Program-made: the position numbers and the translations under genes
From: an uncultured Eubacteriales bacterium
GTDB taxonomy: Bacteria > Bacillota > Clostridia > Christensenellales > UBA1242
Reading direction: 5' to 3'
Length of the DNA: 64,000 nucleotides
NCBI GenBank assembly: GCA_902476355.1
Contig: CABSCS010000004.1
Location: 10,085 to 74,084, forward strand
Notes under the pieces: model-generated
What the model was told of the DNA's origin: nothing
The model's database searches: none
What the model saw: only the letters and a program-made list of their open reading frames with translations
In this document: positions 37,845 to 45,898 of the stretch, piece after piece
How the letters are laid out: every line of letters starts with the position of its first letter
Numbering within the stretch: the first letter of the stretch is position 1

Positions 37845-38213
37845 AAAAACCTCCAATCTACGACAATTATAACATAAAATCTCTTTATTTGTATTGTTTT
37901 TATAATAAATAATTAAAAAATATATTGTAAGGAATGAGGGAATGACTGGAATTAGCGATTTTTCTCGCGTACGCGCGCGAACACCCCCCTCCCATGAAAT
38001 TTAAACTGAGGGGGTGGGTGTCTAATTTAATAAAAACTGTGTTTTTTGTCTCATTCCACTCATTCTCTCATTACCTAACTGGCAATTTTTTGCTTATTTG
38101 CTCCAGTTAATTGAGTTTTATGCAACTATCTGGAGAGAATCGTATGTTATTTGTCAAATGACTTGCAAAAGAAATTTATTTACGGTAAAACACAAACACC
38201 TTGGAGGTGGGTT

Positions 38214-38447
38214 ATGAAAAAGATTGTTGAACTTGTAAATATGAGTTTCAAAAATTCGCAAGAGTATTTTAAGCAAAGTATTGAAATTCAACACATTAAA
38301 TCTAAGTTCATTAAAACATTGTCAGCAGAGCAAAAGCATTTGTTTGATGAATTGTTAGCAAGTATGTATAAGCTTCATAACCTGGATATTGAAGAAAACA
38401 TAATTCATACCTACAATATTTGCAAAGAGGTTTTTAAACTTAGATAG
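38214..38447 (+). CDS. small hypothetical protein (77 aa), paralog of 38821-39063
   Basis: GGAGGTGGG RBS. C-terminus IIHTYNICKEVFKL, compared with VEITYNICKKLFQP in the paralog. Confidence 0.5.
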   Translation: MKKIVELVNMSFKNSQEYFKQSIEIQHIKSKFIKTLSAEQKHLFDELLASMYKLHNLDIEENIIHTYNICKEVFKLR

Positions 38448-38498
38448 ACCTAAACCTTAGGAGGCTTGTGGTCTATCCATTTTATTCTAGGAGATGTT

Positions 38499-38900
38499 AT
38501 GAAAGCAAGATTTGTTTGCAAAATGCCTGATGCGAGACTTGTGCGCAATGCTATCGATCGCAAAGAAGGACAAATTCACGAGTATGTAGTTGAAAGGACT
38601 ATTTATCTTTCAAAGGAAAAGTTTATACACTTTAGAAGTCATTTGCTAGATGACAATGATGAACTCATTAATTACAGAAATGATATGTTTGTTGATGAAA
38701 ATAAAGTATGGCACGTCTTGATGTTTTGCTCAATGATTTCAGATATTATGCTCCTGGTATACATCGATAGTGAAGATTATACCAAATATGTTTCTATAAT
38801 TTCAAATGGAGGTGAAAAAATTGAACCACGTTTTACAATTAGTAAGAGATACACTAGAAAACGAGAAAATCAGTGCAGAAGAACAACTGCAATTAAATAA
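38499..38900 (+). CDS. hypothetical protein; 3' end uncertain because it overlaps the next gene by about 80 nt
   Basis: AGGAG RBS. The tail after ...SNGGEK is basic and low-complexity and is probably out of frame. Confidence 0.4.
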   Translation: MKARFVCKMPDARLVRNAIDRKEGQIHEYVVERTIYLSKEKFIHFRSHLLDDNDELINYRNDMFVDENKVWHVLMFCSMISDIMLLVYIDSEDYTKYVSIISNGGEKIEPRFTISKRYTRKRENQCRRTTAIK

Positions 38901-39063
38901 AATATGCGAACTTGAAGACAAATTCGTGAAAGATTTTTCAAAAGAAAAATGGCGAGAATATTTTGATTTAGACATAGAAAAAGGTCAACTTGTAAACCTA
39001 CAAATTGACCATGTTGTTGAGATTACATATAACATTTGTAAAAAGTTATTTCAGCCCCAATAA
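38821..39063 (+). CDS. small hypothetical protein (80 aa from TTG, 85 aa from ATG 38806)
   Basis: GGAGGTG lies 8 nt before the TTG. Helical sequence paralogous to 38214-38447. Confidence 0.45.
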   Translation: MNHVLQLVRDTLENEKISAEEQLQLNKICELEDKFVKDFSKEKWREYFDLDIEKGQLVNLQIDHVVEITYNICKKLFQPQ

Positions 39064-39070
39064 AATTTGG

Positions 39071-39661
39071 TTATTTTTCTTGTTTGGATCTTATATTACT
39101 TACTAACTTAGGGAAATCATCTATTAATGGCATTTGTGGCGGAGGATCTTCGTTTTCTAATTCAAAAATCTTACAAAGCATATTGTATGCAGTATCTAGC
39201 CATTTATCTATTTCATCTAAATCAGATCTCTCAATAGATGGCACTTCTTCGCCATCTTCTTTAAATGCTTTTTTATCTAAATGAGCTAACATCATATCTC
39301 TTGTTGGTCTTAATTTCTCTACAAAGGAATTTATTAATTCTAATTGTTGTTTTGCATTAAGGATAAATTTATGCAATGTGCTATTTTTCTTTTTTTGCTG
39401 TTCACATTGATTTAATAGCTTAGGTAAACTTGCAGAACTAGAATGATCAAATATTTTCAAAAACCCCACGATAACTTTATATTCAAAAGAACTTATTACT
39501 TCACTGAAAAAACTAGGGCTTATATTCATAATATCAATGTTTTCTTTTGCTGAATCAATGAAATTTTTGTATTGGAAATTCGCGCGTTTTATTGATTCTA
39601 CCTCGTATGCTATTAAAGAAACAAGTTTTAAGTATTCATCTAAATTATCCCACTCTGTCAT
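39071..39661 (-). CDS. stand-alone HEPN-like (AbiU2-like?) protein
   Basis: All-helical, 196 aa, with RPTRDMMLAHLD (R-x5-H). Last gene before the island's right end. Confidence 0.45.
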   Translation of the reverse strand: MTEWDNLDEYLKLVSLIAYEVESIKRANFQYKNFIDSAKENIDIMNISPSFFSEVISSFEYKVIVGFLKIFDHSSSASLPKLLNQCEQQKKKNSTLHKFILNAKQQLELINSFVEKLRPTRDMMLAHLDKKAFKEDGEEVPSIERSDLDEIDKWLDTAYNMLCKIFELENEDPPPQMPLIDDFPKLVSNIRSKQEK

Positions 39662-39891
39662 TACGTTACTCCTTTATACTAACTTCATTATATCATAAAA
39701 ATGTTGAAAATTCACCCAAACCATAAAATTTTGAAAAAGTACACCATTTGTGCACCGTAGATTTCAAAGGTTTTGTGTTTAGAAGGCAAAAGTTAGACAA
39801 ATTAGTGAGAATAATACACAATTTTAAGTATATTTTTCAAAATAATTGCGATTTTTGATATTAAATAGATTAAAATTATAATTTTCTATTG

Positions 39892-39935
39892 CTCCTAAGT
39901 TTCAGTTCCGTGTTCGACTCACGGCGGAGTCACCA
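39892..39935 (+). pseudogene. 3' half of the disrupted native tRNA-Arg(CCU)
   Basis: CTCCTAA GTTTC AGTT CCGTG TTCGACT CACGG CGGAGTC A CCA. Complements the 5' half at 24979-25018. Confidence 0.75.
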
Positions 39936-39973
39936 AAAAAAAATGACGACACAACTTTGTCGTCTTTTTTTTT
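39936..39973 (+). terminator. intrinsic terminator of the native tRNA-Arg gene
   Basis: A-run, GACGACACAA/TTTGTCGTC hairpin, T9. Confidence 0.75.
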
Positions 39974-40015
39974 GAAAATTGATTAAAGTTACGAATTTGA
40001 TGTCTTTTTATGATA

Positions 40016-40360
40016 TGTGCAACATGCACAAATTTTGTGTAATTTGTACATATAGTTTTATTTGATAAATGAATGGGTATTTTATCATTTATATATGCAA
40101 ATTTAAAACATCTGATTATGCACTATCTTTATTTTACGCAGAATAGATATATTGTAGGGAAGAGTAAAATATGTACAAAATGTACATATGAATTTTTGAG
40201 TAAAATAGTGATCATATATGTGCAATTTGTACATATTATAATTGGCGAAAAGACAAATAACAGAATGTTTGATTTTATGAATGTTTTTGTGCAATTTATA
40301 CATAACGATTTTAAGTGAAAATAAAAGTTGACGATGTGTGCTTTTTGTGCATGTTGTACA
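40016..40360. repeat. array of six 15-bp palindromic boxes TGTRYA-N3-TRYACA in gene-free DNA
   Basis: Boxes at 40016-40030, 40036-40050, 40172-40186, 40219-40233, 40288-40302 and 40346-40360. Confidence 0.7.
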
Positions 40361-40520
40361 TAATGTTTTTAATTAAAATGTTAAAATTTTGATAGAAACG
40401 CTAATGTCTTTTTTTATTTGGAAGTTTGTGGAAAGTGTATAAATGTTTTTTTAGCGTGTGTATTCCTTTGATTTTGCAAACGCAGTTTTGATAAAGTTGA
40501 GATATGGGGAGAGGGAGAAT

Positions 40521-40769
40521 ATGATGTTTGGAGAAGAGGTTGCAGTTGATTTTTTTGAAGAAAATATTAAAGGTAAAAGATCGAAGGAAATTGAAAAAAG
40601 TGAATATATCTATTTTGGTGGACTTATTAAAGAAGATCCAAATCTATTGATATTGGAAAAATATTTGTCAGAAAATGGATACAAACTTATAAGAATAAGC
40701 GCACCAGAAGAAAAGGAAATGTTCAGATTTAAACTTGAAAAGGTAAGAAACAATTTGGCAAAAAAATAA
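40521..40769 (+). CDS. hypothetical protein (82 aa)
   Basis: GGGAGAGGGAG RBS, then ATGATG. Confidence 0.45.
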   Translation: MMFGEEVAVDFFEENIKGKRSKEIEKSEYIYFGGLIKEDPNLLILEKYLSENGYKLIRISAPEEKEMFRFKLEKVRNNLAKK

Positions 40770-40953
40770 CAAAATTGCAGAAATTCGCAATGAAAATAAT
40801 AAAACCTATAAAATTTTGTATATTTTTTTATCTAAGTTGTGAAAATTTATATACAAACTTAAATATTTTATGTTAGTATATAACTGAACAGTTGCAAAGA
40901 CACTCAAAATTTTACTCCACTTATGCAACTAAAAAAACAAAAAGGAGAATATT

Positions 40954-42003
40954 ATGACAAAAAGAAAATCAATTTGGACATTTGTTTTGTCCTTTTGCTG
41001 TATTCTTTCTGCAATGTTTGTCTTGTCCGCTTGCGGTGGACATAAACATTCTTTTGCAAGTGAATGGTCTCATGATAACGAATACCACTGGCATGAATGC
41101 ACTGACAAGGACTGCACAGAAAAAAGCGAATACAAAAAACATGATTATTCAAACGACACCGACCCAACTTGTGACACTTGTGGCTTTGAAAGAACTTTTG
41201 CTGAAAACAATATTGTATGTGAAAATAAAATTTCAAAAACATACAATGGTAAAAGACAAGCGCTAATTAAAAATGTTGACTTTACTACCACATATGGAAC
41301 CGCTTCGGTCTCATACAAATTGAAAGATACAGAAAATGAATTTACGGCGGATGTCCCAAAGGATGCTGGCATCTATCTTGTAAAAATTCTTGTTCCAGCA
41401 ACTTCGACATATAAATCCGTTTCTAAAATTGTTGAATATACTATTGAAAAATTAGATTTGAATGAGGTTTTGAAAGATATCAATCCTTATTATAATGGAA
41501 CAAACACATTTCAAGATTATATTTTTAAAGGAGAAAATAACAGTTTAACTAGTGATAGTATTCAAGTAGAAATTACATTTGCAGACAAAAACGTTGGAAC
41601 TCAATCTTCTAGTGCTAGAATTTTTACAAATAAAAGTGATAAATCAGTTTTGGATAATTATAAATTTGATGAAAGCACTTTCAAGATTGTTAGAACAAAA
41701 AAAACAATCATTCTTGACAGCACAAAGAACAGAAAATTAAAAATCAATGACTTAAACGATGGGTTTAGTTTAATAAATCTTGATGCATATAATTTCGGAA
41801 TTATAGAAGGAGAAACAGTTTCTCTTCAAATTGAAAAAACATTTGATTGGCCAACAGATTCCGTAATTAAACTTGTTCTTGATGAAAAAGATTATGTAAA
41901 TGGCGAAAATGAAATTGTAAAACTTTCAGGTGCCGATGCTGGCAATTATAATCTTTATATCTATACAGAATATCCAGCAAGTGCAACTTATACAAAAAAC
42001 TAA
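40954..42003 (+). CDS. lipoprotein with an N-terminal His/Cys-rich module
   Basis: Signal peptide plus lipobox VLSACGG. HKHSF..W.HDNEYHWHEC..KDC...TCDTCG. Confidence 0.65.
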   Translation: MTKRKSIWTFVLSFCCILSAMFVLSACGGHKHSFASEWSHDNEYHWHECTDKDCTEKSEYKKHDYSNDTDPTCDTCGFERTFAENNIVCENKISKTYNGKRQALIKNVDFTTTYGTASVSYKLKDTENEFTADVPKDAGIYLVKILVPATSTYKSVSKIVEYTIEKLDLNEVLKDINPYYNGTNTFQDYIFKGENNSLTSDSIQVEITFADKNVGTQSSSARIFTNKSDKSVLDNYKFDESTFKIVRTKKTIILDSTKNRKLKINDLNDGFSLINLDAYNFGIIEGETVSLQIEKTFDWPTDSVIKLVLDEKDYVNGENEIVKLSGADAGNYNLYIYTEYPASATYTKN

Positions 42004-42033
42004 AATAAAAATTTATAAATTGGGAGAATCATT

Positions 42034-43548
42034 ATGTTAAAGAAAAAATTTTGCAAATTGGCGATTTTTATATTATTTGCTATTATACCAACGTTTCTGT
42101 TATTGTCAGCATGTGGGAAAAAGGCTCCAAAATATTACTATTTCACAGTTGATGCTCTTCCATCACATGTTTCAGAAGTGACAGTTCAAAATACAACTGG
42201 TGGCTATGGTTCAGATAGTAAAGGAAAATTTTTGACAGATGGCGACAGCGCTGAAATTAGATTTTTTATTGAAGAAGGATACAACCTTGGAACTTTGAAA
42301 GTTTTAAGCAATGGTGAAGAGCTCACTATTACAGAAGAAGAAGGCGAATATGCCTATAAAGCAACTTTCAAACCTACCAAAGATTTTACAATCACATTTG
42401 CTGGGGCTGTTGCACCAAAAGTTTCAAACATTCGTCTTGCAGTTGGAGATATGTCGTATCCAAGCTATCATGACAGAATCATGGTTGAAATTGACAGATA
42501 TGATTTATTTGGACTTGAAAAAGGAAAGATGAGTTTTGCAGAATTTAAAAATATTGGAAGTTCATTTGCTCAAATAAACTATGATACACCAATTACAGTT
42601 TCAATTTATACAGTTGGTGCATACGATTTTGCAATTCAAAAACAAAATAGTGTTCGCATTCATAATGCTGACGGCAATACTGGAATTGGCTATAAAGAGC
42701 AGGTTGAAAAGATTATTGATGAAGAAAACCAAAAATACGGTTATAAACACACAATCAGATTTTCACAAAATAACACAATTACAATTCATGACGAAGTTAA
42801 AGAAGAATATATGGTTGATTTTGTTCATGACTGGGATAAGGTTTCAATGAATAAAGATTTATTCACTCTTTCAGTGAATGGCGAAACTCGTGCCGAAGCT
42901 TCAGGAGATGAATATATTCAAGGTGTTATCAAGTTCTCAGATTTCACAGGAACAAATCTTCCAAAACTTAAAATTGTTTTCCTAAAATATGCAGATGAAA
43001 ATTATAAAAACTTTTATGATAAATTAACTTTTGATCTTGCTGGAACACAGGCACAAAGAAGTGCAGATGGCTCATATGTTGAGATTGAATTTGATAAATA
43101 TTATAATTATAACTTTGAACACGAATGTTATATTGTTTCAACAAACGCGCTTGAACTTTTGAAAACAATGGATAGAGTTACAGAAAAAAATTATCGAATT
43201 GTTGAGAAAATTGAAATGAATGGAGTTGAAAATTCTTCACAACATGGCTTTATTGATACTGCCAAGTTGATTCAAGACAAGTGTGTTGGAAGAGCAAACG
43301 GCGGAAACGTGTATTTCTTAAAAAATGAATATTTAACTTTCACAATTGATTTTTATAGTGAAGTTGATTATGAATTTGTTCGCTTTGGAGAAGTTGTTGT
43401 AAAAGTTGGCAGCACTTCGAACTCAGATGTTGTTGTAACAAAAGAACAATATGAATTTGATGGTGAAACAAAAGCAAGCAGATTTACAATCAAAGTGAGA
43501 GCAACTGTTCCAACTGAAAGGATAGAATTCTTCACAAATAATCCTTAA
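42034..43548 (+). CDS. lipoprotein, 504 aa
   Basis: Signal peptide plus lipobox LLSACGK. Confidence 0.65.
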   Translation: MLKKKFCKLAIFILFAIIPTFLLLSACGKKAPKYYYFTVDALPSHVSEVTVQNTTGGYGSDSKGKFLTDGDSAEIRFFIEEGYNLGTLKVLSNGEELTITEEEGEYAYKATFKPTKDFTITFAGAVAPKVSNIRLAVGDMSYPSYHDRIMVEIDRYDLFGLEKGKMSFAEFKNIGSSFAQINYDTPITVSIYTVGAYDFAIQKQNSVRIHNADGNTGIGYKEQVEKIIDEENQKYGYKHTIRFSQNNTITIHDEVKEEYMVDFVHDWDKVSMNKDLFTLSVNGETRAEASGDEYIQGVIKFSDFTGTNLPKLKIVFLKYADENYKNFYDKLTFDLAGTQAQRSADGSYVEIEFDKYYNYNFEHECYIVSTNALELLKTMDRVTEKNYRIVEKIEMNGVENSSQHGFIDTAKLIQDKCVGRANGGNVYFLKNEYLTFTIDFYSEVDYEFVRFGEVVVKVGSTSNSDVVVTKEQYEFDGETKASRFTIKVRATVPTERIEFFTNNP

Positions 43549-43811
43549 TATTATTACATCTTCATTTAATAAGTTTTTAAACTTTAAAATAAACAATAAA
43601 AAGGAAAAAATAAATATATAAAACTGAACTAATAGGCTATACACCCGAAGCAAAGAAGATGGCAAAGAAAATTGAAGACAAGTGTAACGAAATGGAAAAA
43701 GCAGGATATGTTTTAATTTCCACAACAATCACGCTTGGAGCAAAAGCTATTTTGATTTTTAAATAATAAAAATCATAGATTGACGAATTGAGGTTATATA
43801 AAAGAGAAAAT

Positions 43812-44450
43812 ATGAAAACAAAAAACAAAATTTTTAGTTTAATAATGACAGTATTGCTAATTATTCCAGCAATGTTTTTCTTGACCGCTTGTGGCGATAA
43901 TGGAAATAGTGGCCCAGGTGGAAATAGTGGCTCACACGATAGTTCTAAATGGTTTACCGAAGCCGAGTTGTCGGCAGTTGGATTATCTAATTTAACAGCG
44001 CCAACTGGTCTTAATGGAGAGATTTCTTCTAGTGATGCTTGGTTTAATGATGGTTACTCATTTTCGCAACCTTGTGATAGTGTAGACTTATTACAACAAA
44101 ATGCAGAAATCTATTTAAACTATTTTAAAACTAATTATAATGGATATTTTGGACATATCTCTGGCAATTATGGTGTAAAATATGGCGAAAATGAAACATG
44201 GTATATCTTGGAACAAAGCAACTCATTAGGCGATTATTTTGGTAATAATCCAAGTAAACTTTATAGATTTTATTATGTTACAAACCACGAAACAGACAAA
44301 GAAGGATATTTTGTTAAAAACTCGGTTTATACTTTTGAAATTAGATATGAATTTAGCACTTCGACAAATCAATATTTGTTCAAACTTTTCATAGAAAAAG
44401 CAGATACATCAACTAATGGGGTATTTTCATATTACTATAAAATGAAATAA
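43812..44450 (+). CDS. lipoprotein
   Basis: MKTKNKIFSLIMTVLLIIPAMFFLTACGD lipobox. Confidence 0.65.
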   Translation: MKTKNKIFSLIMTVLLIIPAMFFLTACGDNGNSGPGGNSGSHDSSKWFTEAELSAVGLSNLTAPTGLNGEISSSDAWFNDGYSFSQPCDSVDLLQQNAEIYLNYFKTNYNGYFGHISGNYGVKYGENETWYILEQSNSLGDYFGNNPSKLYRFYYVTNHETDKEGYFVKNSVYTFEIRYEFSTSTNQYLFKLFIEKADTSTNGVFSYYYKMK

Positions 44451-44483
44451 ACTTATTAAACATGATTTTTTTCACTTATAAGG

Positions 44484-44533
44484 GGCTGTAAAGAAATTAC
44501 GTAAAAAATAATTTCTTTACAGCCATTTTTTTT
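44484..44533 (+). terminator. intrinsic terminator
   Basis: GGCTGTAAAGAAATTA-loop-TAATTTCTTTACAGCC followed by T8. Confidence 0.8.
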
Positions 44534-44560
44534 GCAAAAATATAAATGGCGATACAATAT

Positions 44561-44708
44561 GGAAACATACGGTAAAATAAAGGTTTTCGCACCTTATTTC
44601 GTATTGAATCCGCATTTTGGTGCGCCATGGGCGATTTACCCCACCAACCATAATCCATGGCGGTTGGTTTCTCAAAAAAAATAGCGACACGCATAGTGTC
44701 GCTATTTT
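44561..44708 (+). ncRNA. candidate structured small RNA with an H-type pseudoknot (family not recognised; strand tentative)
   Basis: Bounded by two terminators. Helices GAAAC/GTTTC (44562-66 : 44667-71), CGCACC/GGTGCG (44588-93 : 44619-24), CCATGG/CCATGG (44625-30 : 44655-60), interleaved with ACCAACC/GGTTGGT (44643-49 : 44662-68). Terminator hairpin at 44682-44708. Confidence 0.35.
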
Positions 44709-44709
44709 T

Positions 44710-44786
44710 TGGTGCAACCGGAGGGATTCGAACCCCCGACCTTTCGGTTCGTAGCCGAATGCTCTATCCAGCTGAGCTACGGTTGC
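44710..44786 (-). tRNA. tRNA-Arg (anticodon ACG)
   Basis: Reverse strand: GCAACCG TA GCTC AGCTGGATA GAGC A TTCGG CTACGAA CCGAA AGGTC GGGGG TTCGAAT CCCTC CGGTTGC A CCA. Confidence 0.9.
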
Positions 44787-44971
44787 ATTTTGCTGAAAGC
44801 CATTTTAGTATAGGCTTTTTCGGTGGCTTTGTCAATATTTTTAAACAAAAGTTTTTGCCGATATTCAATTTTTTGTTTTATTGCAATTTTTTGTTTTGTA
44901 AAACTTTTCAAAACTGCTATACTATTTTCATAAAAAGGCGGACTTTGCACACAATATTAAAGGAGAGAAAT

Positions 44972-45856
44972 ATGAAAAACTTCAAACTTAAAGGTTTTCA
45001 CGACCTTGAACTCAACTGTTATATTTTCGAGCCAGAGAAAAAAGCAAAAGCATGCATTCAAATTATTCATGGAATGCAAGAGCATGGCTCACGCTATCAA
45101 GACTTTGCAGAATTTCTTTGCAAAAACGGATATGTTGTTTTTGTGAGCGACCTTCGCGGACATGGTAAATCTTTGGTATATGAAAACAAACAAGGCTATG
45201 GTGAAGAAGACATTTTCACTGAAATTTTGGAAGACCAAAAAATCATTTGTGATTATCTTGACAAAACATATCACCTTCCAATTTATGTTTTCAGTCACTC
45301 GTTTGGCTCTTTTGTGACACAAAGATTGATGCAAGTTTGCTTCACTCCAGACAAATTTGTTCTTTGCGGAACTGGTTATGGCGACAAGTTTTTGTTCAAA
45401 ATGGCAAAGTCTTTGGCAAACACAATGGTTGCATTTGGGAAAAAAGATGAAAAGGCAAAAACAATTGAAAACATGAGTTTCAAAAGTTATGGCAAAAAGT
45501 TCAAAGACGGAAACTGGCTCACTCGTGACGAAGAAATGTTCAAAAAATATCAAGAAGACCCATTCTGTGGCGAAAGTTTTCCTGTAAGTTTTTATCAAAG
45601 CATGTTCAAAAACTTTGTCAAACTCAACAAAAACATTGAAAACATTCCAAAAGACACAAAAATCTTTTTGATTGCTGGCGACAAAGACCCTGTTGGAAAC
45701 TGTGGAAAAGATGTTACAAACCTTTATAGACTTTATATCAAAAAGGGTAAAAATGCACGCATCAAACTTTATTCAGACGCAAGACACGAACTTTTAAATG
45801 AAATAAACCGTAAAGAAGTTTATGATGATGTTTTAAATTTCTTCAACGAAAAATAA
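44972..45856 (+). CDS. alpha/beta hydrolase (lysophospholipase/monoacylglycerol-lipase-like)
   Basis: IIHGMQEHGSRY, nucleophile elbow FSHSFGS. Start set at the ATG after AAAGGAGAG. The track's longer N-terminus overlaps the tRNA. Confidence 0.75.
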   Translation: MKNFKLKGFHDLELNCYIFEPEKKAKACIQIIHGMQEHGSRYQDFAEFLCKNGYVVFVSDLRGHGKSLVYENKQGYGEEDIFTEILEDQKIICDYLDKTYHLPIYVFSHSFGSFVTQRLMQVCFTPDKFVLCGTGYGDKFLFKMAKSLANTMVAFGKKDEKAKTIENMSFKSYGKKFKDGNWLTRDEEMFKKYQEDPFCGESFPVSFYQSMFKNFVKLNKNIENIPKDTKIFLIAGDKDPVGNCGKDVTNLYRLYIKKGKNARIKLYSDARHELLNEINRKEVYDDVLNFFNEK

Positions 45857-45898
45857 ACAAAGAAAAAAGAGCAGGTAAACTGCTCTTTTATTTTGCCT

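Noticed and set aside
40073-40318. 81-aa and 66-aa ORFs inside the palindrome array
   Set aside because: The translations are dominated by the repeated TGTACA/TGTGCA boxes (runs of C/V/H/I/Y). There is no RBS, and ORFs appear on both strands, so these are repeat artefacts.
44657-44971. N-terminal 105 codons of track ORF 44657-45856
   Set aside because: This part runs straight through the reverse-strand tRNA-Arg(ACG) gene and its terminator. The real hydrolase start is the ATG at 44972, which has an AAAGGAGAG RBS.
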